The notes: generated by a model not told the origin, from the sequence alone. DNA of 64,000 nucleotides from Nanobdellota archaeon (GCA_018815925.1 JAHIWS010000020.1:23993-87992); one strand, 5' to 3'; counted from the stretch's first letter, positions 28,985 through 38,886 are shown. Made by a program: numbers and translations.

Positions 28985-29018
28985 ATTTTACCCAGAAATA
29001 GCTTATTTAAAAAGGTAT

Positions 29019-29231
29019 CTAATTAAAATTTTTAGACCTAGAAAAATCACCGGAAACGTCTGTAAAAGCCAAATCTCCATTTTTTCTTGCATTTTCCATA
29101 TTTTGAACTATTGCTTTAAACATTTTTTCACCCCAAACATTTTTTCCACATTTTTCACAAAAATCAATAACACTCTCATCAGAAATTTCTGCATGGCAAT
29201 AAATACATTTTTTACTCATAGGATTCACCAC
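29019..29231 (-). CDS. Small zinc-ribbon protein
   Basis: CIYC...CEKC. Confidence 0.6.
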   Translation of the reverse strand: MVNPMSKKCIYCHAEISDESVIDFCEKCGKNVWGEKMFKAIVQNMENARKNGDLAFTDVSGDFSRSKNFN

Positions 29232-29309
29232 TTTTTAAGCTGAATTATTTGGGAAACAAAATTAGTTTTTAAACTTTTAGGAGAATTTTAAAGTTACTCT
29301 TTTAAGTTT

Positions 29310-30473
29310 TTATTTTTTTGGAAAGATTGTAAGAATACTATTTTTATCATATAAAATATATTTTGTATCCAGGGTATCATATTTTTCAGGATCTTTTTTG
29401 TATTTTCTCTTAGAAATCCAGTTTTCTTTTGTTAAAGTGTCACTAATTTGTTTACTATTAATATTTATTCCCTTCTCTTCAGAAAAATATTTTTTTGTTT
29501 CTTTTCTCATTATTTTTGCAATTTTTTTATTAGAGTAATATTTCGTTTTTAACCCAATAATTCTCTCATTAAAACTTGTATCCCCCTCATAAGTCATTTC
29601 CTTTACAAGGGAATAGTTTGACCTCATATACTCTTTATTTTTTGCTTTGAAATTTCTTTCTTGATATTCTTTTAATTTTGGCTCAATATCCATGTTGTCT
29701 AGAGAAGCAAATTTAGGGTTTGTTATTTCAAAATTACATTTATTTTCAAGACCAATTTTTTTATTAATGCCCTTTTCTTGAGTATCCCTTTCAAGATTCT
29801 TTTTCTTAAAAACATCTTTTTCACCCTCTGCAACATATTTTTTATTTATTTCTGATTCTGGTTTTTCAACCTGTATTCTTGTTAAATAAGAGGCTAAGTA
29901 TTTTTCTGTTCCCATTCCTAATTTATTTAAATTAATTTTAGTTAACCTAACTCTCTTGTTTAATATTTCTTTAGGTAAAACTATAAATCCTTCAGAATTA
30001 GGAAAATAATCTACCCCCTCTACTAAAACCCCATAATCTGGTCCCGGAGTTCTTATTCCTTTTTTTGTATATCTTAGAAAGGTTTTTCCCAGGATTGTTG
30101 TACCTGCTTTTTCCAGAACATCGGCTCTTATTACTGATTTTTTATTTTTATCTTTTATATTTAGTGTAACTAGTTTTGGAGTTTGTTTTTTTGGTTCAAC
30201 AAAATTAGCAAATTGTGCTTGGATTATTGGTTTTTCAAATTTGGAAATTACTTCTAATTTTGCTTTGGGAAATTTTATATAAGGAGATTCTTTTTTATCT
30301 ATTGTAAAATATCCTAGGCCTCCAATAGTCAAGATAGGAATAAAAAAATATTTTAATAAAATAGATTTTATGCTTTGGTTTCTATAAAACTTTTTTGGAG
30401 TCCATACTTGAGCGTCACTAGAACGACTAATTGCTAGGAGTCTTTCCTTCATGTTCTTCAATCTAAATCCCAT
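29310..30473 (-). CDS. Hypothetical membrane-anchored protein
   Basis: 387-aa ORF with one N-terminal TM segment; no recognised motif. Confidence 0.5.
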   Translation of the reverse strand: MGFRLKNMKERLLAISRSSDAQVWTPKKFYRNQSIKSILLKYFFIPILTIGGLGYFTIDKKESPYIKFPKAKLEVISKFEKPIIQAQFANFVEPKKQTPKLVTLNIKDKNKKSVIRADVLEKAGTTILGKTFLRYTKKGIRTPGPDYGVLVEGVDYFPNSEGFIVLPKEILNKRVRLTKINLNKLGMGTEKYLASYLTRIQVEKPESEINKKYVAEGEKDVFKKKNLERDTQEKGINKKIGLENKCNFEITNPKFASLDNMDIEPKLKEYQERNFKAKNKEYMRSNYSLVKEMTYEGDTSFNERIIGLKTKYYSNKKIAKIMRKETKKYFSEEKGININSKQISDTLTKENWISKRKYKKDPEKYDTLDTKYILYDKNSILTIFPKK

Positions 30474-30512
30474 GTTATTTTAAGGTGTCTAAATTATTTA
30501 TAAATTATTGTA

Positions 30513-31721
30513 TTACTCATACCTCAACGCATCAACAACATTTGTTTTACTTGCTTGCATTGCTGGAAGAATCCCAGATATAGCACCTATTAAAAATCCA
30601 AATCCTAAACACCCTAAGATTAAATAGGTGGGAGCAGCTGCTTGTAAAAGATTTGTATTCAAAGAAGTAATTGCTATGTATTCTATTGTTTTACTTACTC
30701 CTAGTCCTAAACTAACTCCTATTATTCCTCCTACAAGCCCTAACATACCAGATTCAATTAAGAAGATCATTAAAACATCTTTATTCTGCGCCCCAATAGC
30801 TTTCATAACCCCTATCTCTCTTGTTCTTTCAATAACAGAAGTATACATTGTGTTTGCAATTCCAATTGCCCCTACAATTAGAGAAATAGCTGCGACTCCT
30901 GCTAAAAAAGCAGTAACAATATTAAGTATATTTCCAAAACTTTCTAATAATTGATCAGGGGTGAGTATATCAAAATCTTGATTTTTTTCAGTAACATCCC
31001 TTAAATTTCTTAATTTTTTTTCAACTCTATCTGCAACTTCTAAAATATCTTCTCCTTCATCAATTTGGACAACAATCCAATCAACTCTTTCAGGAATATT
31101 AAATAATTCTCTTGCACTTTCTAAACTCATTACAACCATTTGATCATCGTCAGGGTTTCCAATTTTTTCAAATACCCCCCTAACCTTGAAATCTTGGCCA
31201 TTAATTATTAATTTGTTTCCAGTTTTTACTGGTTTTCCCCAGAGATTTCCTTCCTTATGATTAATCCCTAAATTAACCCCTGAATCTCCTTGTTGTAAAA
31301 ATCTTCCTTCATTAACCTCAAGGTTTCCTGTTTCTGCAAAAAGATTAGTATGGAGAGCAACCCCCCAAACTAGCATATATCTTTCTGTTCCTGCAAATTC
31401 AATTTTGGCATTTCCTGCAATATAGTCAGCAACATCTTTAACCCCTCTAACACTTTTTATAGTGTTTACATCCTCTTCTCTAAGGATTGTTCCGCCTACA
31501 CTTCCAGGAGGTCCAAGAAACCCTGTTGAAGGTTGGACAAAAAATTTATCAGCTCCAAGAGTTTCAAATTGTTCTTTAACAGCTCCTTGTAAACCTAAAG
31601 ACAAACTAATAAGCATAAAAATAGTTGCAATTGAAATGAAAATACCTAACATGGTCAACCCTGTTCTAAGCTTTCGCTTCTGCAAGTTTCTCAAACCCAG
31701 TTTAAAGTAATCTGTTAGCAT
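30513..31721 (-). CDS. ABC exporter permease (MacB/FtsX family)
   Basis: LTMLGIFISIA, GIANTMYTSVIERTREIGVMKAIGA, VVDALRYE. Confidence 0.92.
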   Translation of the reverse strand: MLTDYFKLGLRNLQKRKLRTGLTMLGIFISIATIFMLISLSLGLQGAVKEQFETLGADKFFVQPSTGFLGPPGSVGGTILREEDVNTIKSVRGVKDVADYIAGNAKIEFAGTERYMLVWGVALHTNLFAETGNLEVNEGRFLQQGDSGVNLGINHKEGNLWGKPVKTGNKLIINGQDFKVRGVFEKIGNPDDDQMVVMSLESARELFNIPERVDWIVVQIDEGEDILEVADRVEKKLRNLRDVTEKNQDFDILTPDQLLESFGNILNIVTAFLAGVAAISLIVGAIGIANTMYTSVIERTREIGVMKAIGAQNKDVLMIFLIESGMLGLVGGIIGVSLGLGVSKTIEYIAITSLNTNLLQAAAPTYLILGCLGFGFLIGAISGILPAMQASKTNVVDALRYE

Positions 31722-32023
31722 TTTTCCTTTTCTTGTTTAATTAAATAATCAATAATTTTTGAACCAAGGTTTTGATGGGAATGTCTTATTTTTATTATAT
31801 CTTCTAAAGAAATATTTTTAGGCAGGCTTACATCAACAATTATTTTACCAAAATTATTTTTTTCTAAAACATATACTGGTTCATGACCTAATTCAATAGC
31901 TTTATTATAATTTATTCTAGGGTTTCTCAAACAATTATCCAATACATCTTCTGGCCATTTTTGTTCCTTCCAAAATTCTCTTAATTGTTGCTCTTTGTTG
32001 AAGTATTTTTTGTTCATCCTCAA
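31715..32023 (-). CDS. Hypothetical protein
   Basis: ORF overlapping both flanking permease genes. Confidence 0.5.
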   Translation of the reverse strand: MRMNKKYFNKEQQLREFWKEQKWPEDVLDNCLRNPRINYNKAIELGHEPVYVLEKNNFGKIIVDVSLPKNISLEDIIKIRHSHQNLGSKIIDYLIKQEKEKC

Positions 32024-33237
32024 CTCCTTAATGCATCAACCACATTTAATTTACTTGCTTGCATTGCAGGAAAAATTCCTGAAATTATTCCTACAAAAAA
32101 TGAAAATCCAACAGCCCCAATCAACAACCCATAATTTGCACTAACCCTAAATAAATTAATTCCAAGAGCTTGGCTAGCAATTGATGAGGCTCCAAAAGCA
32201 ATACCTATTCCTATTAAAGACCCTATACTTCCTCCAACAAGCCCCAACATACCAGATTCAATTAAGAAGATCATTAAAACATCTTTATTCTGCGCCCCAA
32301 TAGCTTTCATAACCCCTATCTCTCTTGTTCTTTCAACAACAGAAGTATACATTGTGTTTGCAATTCCAACACCTCCAACAAAAAGAGAAATCATAGCAAT
32401 TCCAACAACAATTATGTTGATAATATTAAGAATTGTATTAACAGATTCTAATGATTGGAGGGGTGTTTCTACTGTAAATGTTTCTTCTCCCAATTTTTCA
32501 TTTCTGTCATTTCTTAATTTTCTTTCAATTTCTTTAGCAATATCTTCTATTTGGTTTTTATCTTGAACTTTAGCAACAATTAAATCATATTCTCCTTTTG
32601 TTTCAAAAAGATTTTGCATATCTTTTGTATTCATATAAATAATCCCATTAAGTTGAATGCTGCTTGATTTTTCCAAAATCCCAATTATTTCAAAACTAAA
32701 ATCATTAATTAAAACATTTTTTTCAATTAAAAATGGTTTTTCAAAATCATTTGTTTCAAGAAAAAAATTTCCTAGCATAATTTTTCCCCTATCTCCTGGT
32801 TCTAATAAACGGCCTTGTTCTGCTTCAACACCTAAAGTTTCATAAAATAAATTGGCTAGCTTTTTTTCATCAGGAACATCTGTTCCATATCCAAACCCAG
32901 AAATTTTATTATATTCTAATTTCCCAACCCTTATTAATCTTGGAATTACAGCTTCTACTCCTTGGATATTTTCAATTATTTTAAGATCATTATCATTAAG
33001 TTTTTCAACAACAGTGCTTCCAGGAGGCCCAAACCCTGTCCCCTTATTTTGTATTGTTAGTCTATCTAAAGAAAGAGTCCCAAACTGGCTTGTAACAGCT
33101 TCTTGGAGCCCCTGACCCATAGAAATAAGAGCAACAACAGCAGCAATCCCAATAAAAATTCCTAAGATTGTCAACCAGCTTCTTAAACCACGTTTTCTTA
33201 AGTTCTTAAATGCAAGTGAGAAATAGTTTTGTATCAT
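32020..33237 (-). CDS. ABC exporter permease (MacB/FtsX family)
   Basis: LTILGIFIGIAA, ERTREIGVMKAIGA. Confidence 0.92.
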   Translation of the reverse strand: MIQNYFSLAFKNLRKRGLRSWLTILGIFIGIAAVVALISMGQGLQEAVTSQFGTLSLDRLTIQNKGTGFGPPGSTVVEKLNDNDLKIIENIQGVEAVIPRLIRVGKLEYNKISGFGYGTDVPDEKKLANLFYETLGVEAEQGRLLEPGDRGKIMLGNFFLETNDFEKPFLIEKNVLINDFSFEIIGILEKSSSIQLNGIIYMNTKDMQNLFETKGEYDLIVAKVQDKNQIEDIAKEIERKLRNDRNEKLGEETFTVETPLQSLESVNTILNIINIIVVGIAMISLFVGGVGIANTMYTSVVERTREIGVMKAIGAQNKDVLMIFLIESGMLGLVGGSIGSLIGIGIAFGASSIASQALGINLFRVSANYGLLIGAVGFSFFVGIISGIFPAMQASKLNVVDALRS

Positions 33238-34028
33238 TTTTTGGTTTCTTTATATAATTTTTTTAATTCAGGATTGTTTTTGATAAATTCAGAGATGGCT
33301 TGCTTATGACACCCTCTTTTTTCAGCTATTTCACTCTGATTTAATCCTTTTAATAAACCAGAAGCAATTTCATCATAAATATCTATATTTGCACAAGAAG
33401 GTCTTCCTCTTTTTATTTTTCCTTTAATTTCTTTTATTTCTTTAGCGATTCTTAAGGTTTTTCCATAAGAGATTCCATAAACCTCACTTAGTTTTTTAAG
33501 AGAGATACCTTCTTCTGTAAAATTAATAATTTGTGTTCGTAGGTGCTTTTTTACTAAATAAGTGTTACGGGAAGATTCATAATCTTCTAACATTTCCATA
33601 AAAGATTTATTCCTCCTCACTCTTTCATGATATTCTTCAACAGCCCTCTTAAAAGGATTATATTTTTGGAAATTATTAAAAGAATTAAGACCCTCTAACA
33701 AATCTTCTTTTTTAATCATGGTGTGCTTACTAAAGTATTTTTCAGAGTTAGAATAAATATTTTTTTCTAAAGGAATTCCTCTTGCTGCAATGTGAAGTTT
33801 TAATTCATTCAGGGTTTTTTTACCAAGTTCCTTTGTTTTTTTTATTTTTTTTTCTGATAAACTCAAAATTTCCTCTATTGTAGGATATTCAAAAATTTTT
33901 TTGTTTAATAAATTCCAACCAATTACTAAAAGTCTGTTTGCAAGCTTAACACTTTTTTCATCTTCCTGAATAGAACCTTGCAAAACAACCTCAAGGTTTT
34001 CTGGCCTAGAATAAGTTTTGTTTAACAT
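33234..34028 (-). CDS. Protein with RNAP alpha-CTD-like HhH domain and HTH motifs
   Basis: TIEEILSLSEKKIKKTKELGKKTLNEL; GISLKKLSEVYGIS; GLNQSEIAEKRGCHKQAIS. Confidence 0.55.
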   Translation of the reverse strand: MLNKTYSRPENLEVVLQGSIQEDEKSVKLANRLLVIGWNLLNKKIFEYPTIEEILSLSEKKIKKTKELGKKTLNELKLHIAARGIPLEKNIYSNSEKYFSKHTMIKKEDLLEGLNSFNNFQKYNPFKRAVEEYHERVRRNKSFMEMLEDYESSRNTYLVKKHLRTQIINFTEEGISLKKLSEVYGISYGKTLRIAKEIKEIKGKIKRGRPSCANIDIYDEIASGLLKGLNQSEIAEKRGCHKQAISEFIKNNPELKKLYKETKK

Positions 34029-34033
34029 AGGAG

Positions 34034-34399
34034 TTACCTCCCCGATTCTCTTTCTACTTTAGCCATCTTTTCTAAATAACTATTATATTTAGGGTTAGAA
34101 GGCAAAATAATATTAAAATCCCCTAACCATTCTTTATATGGTATCCTCTCACTTAAAAATTCAAGAGCACTATCCACTAAATAAGTTTCTTGTATGTCAG
34201 GCAAAACATTTCCATCATCCCTATTTATGTAAGAGAATTTAACAAAAAGATGTTTTTGATTTGTTCTATCTTTTCCAATATAAAGATAATCCTCCACATA
34301 CACATTTCCCGTAAGATGGTCTTTCTTTCCCACTTTAACTTTTTTCCTAACATAATTTTTTAATTCATCTAAATTATTAATTTTAGTGACCATCTTCAA
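34034..34399 (-). CDS. Hypothetical protein
   Basis: 121-aa ORF within the operon. Confidence 0.5.
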   Translation of the reverse strand: MKMVTKINNLDELKNYVRKKVKVGKKDHLTGNVYVEDYLYIGKDRTNQKHLFVKFSYINRDDGNVLPDIQETYLVDSALEFLSERIPYKEWLGDFNIILPSNPKYNSYLEKMAKVERESGR

Positions 34400-34571
34400 A
34401 TACTTCTAAATTATAATTTATTTGAGGATTCTTGTCTTTTTGTTTTTTTATAGAATCCCTTGCTCTTTTTTGATTATTTCTAAAATCTTTCATAGCTTTT
34501 TCTTCTCTATCTGCTTCTTCAAAACTAGGGTAAGTTATTCTAAAATTATAGATGTTTTCATCCATTTTCAC
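34383..34571 (-). CDS. Hypothetical protein
   Basis: 62-aa ORF overlapping its neighbours. Confidence 0.4.
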   Translation of the reverse strand: MKMDENIYNFRITYPSFEEADREEKAMKDFRNNQKRARDSIKKQKDKNPQINYNLEVFEDGH

Positions 34572-35467
34572 TCACTTCCCCTATTCTTCTTTTTTTTTCT
34601 TCTTTTTATTTTCCTATAAATTACCCAAATAATTATTAATAAAATAATAATTCCAATATACAAACCTGTGTTACTTTTTTGTATTAATCCTTTTTCAAGG
34701 GCTTCTTCACTTGTATAAACTTTAAAAGGCAAATTTATGTTTTCTATTTGATCATTATTATCAAAGTCCTTGTAGGTTATTTTTGCTTTTAGCACAGGAG
34801 TTGTTGTTTTGTAAATAACATTAAATGTAGCAAAATCAGTATCATCTGCGTCAACACCCCCAATAAATATTTTACTTTTAGATAAAATTTCAAAACCTTG
34901 TGGGAAAATTTCAACAGACATAGATTTAATTTCTCCAAGACCCTTGTTTATTATTTCAAGAGAGAGTTTTCCTTCTTGTTCAAGAATAGGCGTTTCAATA
35001 CTTGCTCCTTTTGCTTCAGCAGCAAAATCAAGCTCTGTTTTAGCACTAACCCTTATTCCAAAACTTCCTGCTTTTTCATAATCATCATCATTATCATCTG
35101 CGTCTACATAAGTAATAACATAAGGAATATTATAATCTCCTGGTTCAATATCTGTTGAAGCTTTTAGAGTAAAACTTGTTGAATCATCATCATCTTCATC
35201 AAGATCATCTAATTCTTTTTCAGAACTTCCTATAACAGTAAATGGAAGTGAAATTGATGTGCCATCAGGAAGAACATGAACAAGAATAATCTGAACAGAA
35301 ACCTCTTCAATATCAAAATTTTGATTATTTTCTACATCAATGTTTACACTACCTTGTTCTCCTGGATATATTGTAATGTAGTCTGCATCAACAACAAGGG
35401 CTGATGCAAAGCTTATGTTAATTAAGAAGATTAATGCTAAAAAAGGGATTATTGATTTAGAGTTCAT
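34568..35467 (-). CDS. COG1361-like S-layer/Ig-fold exported protein
   Basis: Signal peptide, PGDYNIP, INKGLGE, FIG Ig-like repeats, C-terminal TM and basic tail; typical partner of archaeal MacB-type ABC systems. Confidence 0.75.
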   Translation of the reverse strand: MNSKSIIPFLALIFLINISFASALVVDADYITIYPGEQGSVNIDVENNQNFDIEEVSVQIILVHVLPDGTSISLPFTVIGSSEKELDDLDEDDDDSTSFTLKASTDIEPGDYNIPYVITYVDADDNDDDYEKAGSFGIRVSAKTELDFAAEAKGASIETPILEQEGKLSLEIINKGLGEIKSMSVEIFPQGFEILSKSKIFIGGVDADDTDFATFNVIYKTTTPVLKAKITYKDFDNNDQIENINLPFKVYTSEEALEKGLIQKSNTGLYIGIIILLIIIWVIYRKIKRRKKKKNRGSE

Positions 35468-35696
35468 TTTGTACTCTAATTATACTTGATTTAATTAGGT
35501 TGGTGATATCAATAGTGATTTTTTCTAAATCTATTTTCTTTTCAGATTTAAACATATTAAAATCTACTTTCACATCTCCTTGATTTTCTAAAATAGGAAT
35601 AATTAATCCATTAGAAGGGATTACGTAAGGTTCACTTTTACCCTTTTCTTTCACAGCATAAGTTAGATACTTTTCTTCCATTTTCTTAATTTCCAC
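35457..35696 (-). CDS. Hypothetical protein
   Basis: 79-aa ORF. Confidence 0.4.
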   Translation of the reverse strand: MEIKKMEEKYLTYAVKEKGKSEPYVIPSNGLIIPILENQGDVKVDFNMFKSEKKIDLEKITIDITNLIKSSIIRVQNEL

Positions 35697-35764
35697 ACAG
35701 AAATATCCTTTATAAATATTTCGATATTGTTACTACAGAATGATTACAACAATTGGGTTTAATT

Positions 35765-36505
35765 TCAATCCTTAAGAATACATTCTGGAAGTTTCACTTT
35801 TTTCCATTTTCCATTTGTCTTTTTTTCCAAACTTTCTATTTTTCCATCTCTTAAAGAATAGAGTGTTTTAGCATATGTTTTTGCAATTTCAGGATCATGG
35901 GTAACAATAATGATTGTCCTTCCTTTTTTATTTAAATCTGTTAAAAAACCCATTACTCTTTCACCTGTTTTTGTATCAAGATTTCCTGTTGGTTCGTCTG
36001 CTAAAAGGATATCTGGTTTATTTGCTAAAGATCTTGCAATAGCAACTCTTTGTTGTTGTCCTCCAGAAAGTTGATTAGGGTAATGGTTCATTCTATCTTC
36101 TAATTCCATTGATTTCAGAAGTTTTTCTGCTCTTTCCTCCCGATATTCTTTATCTTCATTTTGAAATAACATAGGGAGCATAACATTTTCTTTAGCTGTT
36201 AAATTAGGAATAAGATTAAACTGCTGAAATATAAACCCTATTTTTTTACCCCTAAGTTGGGCAAGTTCTGATTCTTCTAAATTTTCTATGTTTTTTCCTT
36301 TAAGATAAATATCCCCTTTTGTTGTTAAGTCAAGACTTCCTGTTAAATTCATAGCAGTACTTTTTCCACTTCCAGAAGGCCCCATTATTGCAACAAAATC
36401 CCCTTCTTGTATAGAAATATCAACACAATCAAGAGCTTTAACAAGAGATTCCCCCATTTCATAATATTTTGCAGCTTGTTTTAATTTTATTATTAGAGGT
36501 TTCAT
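35765..36505 (-). CDS. ABC transporter ATP-binding protein (LolD/MacB-like)
   Basis: GPSGSGKS, LSGGQQQRV, LADEPTGNLD, VTHD. Confidence 0.95.
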   Translation of the reverse strand: MKPLIIKLKQAAKYYEMGESLVKALDCVDISIQEGDFVAIMGPSGSGKSTAMNLTGSLDLTTKGDIYLKGKNIENLEESELAQLRGKKIGFIFQQFNLIPNLTAKENVMLPMLFQNEDKEYREERAEKLLKSMELEDRMNHYPNQLSGGQQQRVAIARSLANKPDILLADEPTGNLDTKTGERVMGFLTDLNKKGRTIIIVTHDPEIAKTYAKTLYSLRDGKIESLEKKTNGKWKKVKLPECILKD

Positions 36506-37017
36506 TTTTTAATTTTGAATCTCGAAGCATAAGAATTTAATTGAGGGTTTGGATTTTCAGTAATTATAGATGTAAAAAAACCTCTTATGGTATTATTTGC
36601 AAAACCAAAATCAAGTTTAAGTATAGGGTTTTTTCCTAGTCTCAATCTTGAAATATTAAATCTTCCTTGAATAGGTTCTCTTAAATTTAGTTCTTTTCTA
36701 AATTTTTCATATATATCAATAATTCTTATTCTTCCTTCTAATAGGGTTTGCCTAAGAGTTTCAAGGTTTAAATCTCCTAATAAATTTTCATTAACCAAAT
36801 TTTCCGCTATTGAATATCCTGCTTGCACTATACAAAGGTCTATTCCTCTTGGAGTAACATAGTGTGGTTGAATATGTCTTCTTGCAACAACAGGTTCATT
36901 AGGATTAAAATTAAAAACCCACTCTTTTTTATCATAGTCTATACTAGTAAGAGTCATAAATTCCGGAAGGTATACTTTTTCTCTAAGAAATTCAATTGTG
37001 TTCATTTTATTTTCCAT
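36502..37017 (-). CDS. Hypothetical protein, possible hot-dog fold (FcoT-like)
   Basis: HYVTPRGIDLCIVQAGY central helix followed by FRKEL...IQGRF strands. Confidence 0.35.
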   Translation of the reverse strand: MENKMNTIEFLREKVYLPEFMTLTSIDYDKKEWVFNFNPNEPVVARRHIQPHYVTPRGIDLCIVQAGYSIAENLVNENLLGDLNLETLRQTLLEGRIRIIDIYEKFRKELNLREPIQGRFNISRLRLGKNPILKLDFGFANNTIRGFFTSIITENPNPQLNSYASRFKIKK

Positions 37018-37067
37018 ATATTTTTCTCAATCACAAGCTTTATAAATCTTCTTAATGCAATATTAAT

Positions 37068-37265
37068 ATGATAATTCCAGTGAGATGTATGTCGTGCGGA
37101 AAACCCATTGGACACTTGTGGGGAGATTTTAAAAAAAGAGTATCAGAAGGAGAATCTGAAAAAAAAGTATTAGATGAACTGGGGTTAGAGAGATTCTGCT
37201 GTAGATCAATGTTCCTAGGACAAGAAGATTTTATAGAATTAATTGGAAAGTTTAAAAAGAGTTAA
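37068..37265 (+). CDS. rpoN: RNA polymerase subunit N (Rpo10)
   Basis: MIIPVRCMSCGK...LGLERFCCR. Confidence 0.96.
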   Translation: MIIPVRCMSCGKPIGHLWGDFKKRVSEGESEKKVLDELGLERFCCRSMFLGQEDFIELIGKFKKS

Positions 37266-37526
37266 TCATTTCATTTTCCACCTGCTTTTATATCCACAAT
37301 TTTCACATTCAACTGATTTTATTTTACTCTTTATTTTTATTTTAGGGTTTTGATAAGGTGTAAAACATTTTTTACAAAAAAGTTTTCTTTTTTTTCCTAG
37401 TTTAATATTGTAAGACATAGCCAACCTCTTAATTTTCTTAATCTCCTTGGTTTTTTTGTTTTTTAAATGATTGAAAAATTCTTTAATTTGTTGTTCTGCT
37501 TTTGTTTTTGATATTTTTTTTTTCAT
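37266..37526 (-). CDS. rnp4: RNase P protein Rpp21
   Basis: KRKLFCKKC...VECENCG. Confidence 0.8.
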   Translation of the reverse strand: MKKKISKTKAEQQIKEFFNHLKNKKTKEIKKIKRLAMSYNIKLGKKRKLFCKKCFTPYQNPKIKIKSKIKSVECENCGYKSRWKMK

Positions 37527-37576
37527 AAAACAATTAAGAAAGTAATCTTTAAAAACCCTTAAAACAACATACTTTT

Positions 37577-37690
37577 GAAGACGGCCATAATAGGTTGGAA
37601 ATACCTGTTACCATTCCGAACACAGAAGTTAAGCTTCCTATGCTGTTTGTTTTAGTGGCCGATAAGCTGCGAAGCATCAGTGCTGTCTTC
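37577..37690 (+). rRNA. rrf: 5S rRNA
   Basis: Helix I GAAGACGGC/GCTGTCTTC; GGCCATA; CCATTCCGAACACAGAAGTTAAG conserved core. Confidence 0.9.
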
Positions 37691-38653
37691 TTTAATTTTC
37701 TTTTTTATTTCATCAGTTGTGGTGGTTGCTGTTCCTTGTTTTTCAACAACAACACCAGATGCATAATTTGCTATTTTAATTGCTTCAGACATACTTAAAC
37801 CAGAAGCTAAACTTAAAGCTAAAGTAGCAGCAAAAGTATCTCCTGCTCCTGTAACATCTCTTACTTGCCTAGCTTTGGTTTCAATCATTACAGATTTTTC
37901 TTTTTCATATTTAAATACACCATCTTTTCCCAGGGTTATTATGGCATATTTTGAATTTACTCTTTCACAAAGTTTTCTACCCATTTCTTCAAGAACATCT
38001 TTTTTATTTTCATATTTTATCCCAGTCATTTGAAATGCTTCTTTTTTGTTAGGACGTATTATGGTGCAATCTTTAAAATAATGTAAATTTTGAGGTTTTG
38101 AATCAACAAGGATAGGGATTTTTTTAGTGTTAGCAGACTTAATTATTTGTTGAGATAATTTATCATTAAAAAAACCTTTGTTATAATCAGAGAAAATAAT
38201 AAAATCACATTTTTCTAAATTCTCTTCTATATTTTTTTGATATCTTAGGTCAATTTTTTTTCTATTTTTTTCACCATAATTTAATCTTGTTACTTGCTGA
38301 CCATGTGCCATTATTCTTTGTTTTAGGAGAGTTTTATTTCCATTATAAACTGGTTTTAAGATTATTCCTTTTTCTTTACATAATTCTTTTATTTTTTCAC
38401 CAGAATAATCTTTTCCAAGAACACCATAGAGTTCGCATTTTCCTCCAAGTGAAACAATATTATTTGCTACATTTGCTGCTCCCCCCAGAGCATATGTTTC
38501 TTCATTTTCTTCAACATTTACATTTGGTGCAGCATGTTGCTCAGGATTTAATTTTTTTATTTCTCCCCAAGAAAATTTATCTAATATAAGATCCCCATAC
38601 ACTAAAATATTTTTGTCTTTGAAATTATCAAGAGCATCCACCAAATTTTTCAT
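37652..38653 (-). CDS. PfkB-family sugar kinase, RfaE/HldE heptose-7-phosphate kinase domain
   Basis: GDLILD, GGAANVA, FSDYNKG, RPN, DVTGAGDT, ANYASGVVV. Confidence 0.88.
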   Translation of the reverse strand: MKNLVDALDNFKDKNILVYGDLILDKFSWGEIKKLNPEQHAAPNVNVEENEETYALGGAANVANNIVSLGGKCELYGVLGKDYSGEKIKELCKEKGIILKPVYNGNKTLLKQRIMAHGQQVTRLNYGEKNRKKIDLRYQKNIEENLEKCDFIIFSDYNKGFFNDKLSQQIIKSANTKKIPILVDSKPQNLHYFKDCTIIRPNKKEAFQMTGIKYENKKDVLEEMGRKLCERVNSKYAIITLGKDGVFKYEKEKSVMIETKARQVRDVTGAGDTFAATLALSLASGLSMSEAIKIANYASGVVVEKQGTATTTTDEIKKKIKEDSTDASQLIGH

Positions 38654-38764
38654 ATTTAACTTATTTAAGTTTGTTTTATAAGTGTTATGAAATAAGGATA
38701 TCTATTTTTAAAGGTATAATGCGGAACTCAAATTAAAATTTGGTTGCTCATCTTTTTAGAAAGA

Positions 38765-38848
38765 TGCGGAAGAAAGGATTCGAACCTTCGCAGACACTAA
38801 GCCACAAGAGCCTTAATCTTGCCCGTTTGACCACTCCGGCACTTCCGC
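38765..38848 (-). tRNA. tRNA-Leu(AAG)
   Basis: Minus-strand cloverleaf; stem CAAGA/TCTTG, loop TT-AAG-GC, long variable arm, A73. Confidence 0.9.
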
Positions 38849-38886
38849 ATATTCTTTACCTGTATTTCTAATATAAAAAGTTTGCT

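Noticed and set aside
38805-38821. Reading the minus-strand tRNA-Leu as anticodon TAA
   Set aside because: Shifting the loop by one base destroys the anticodon stem pairing.
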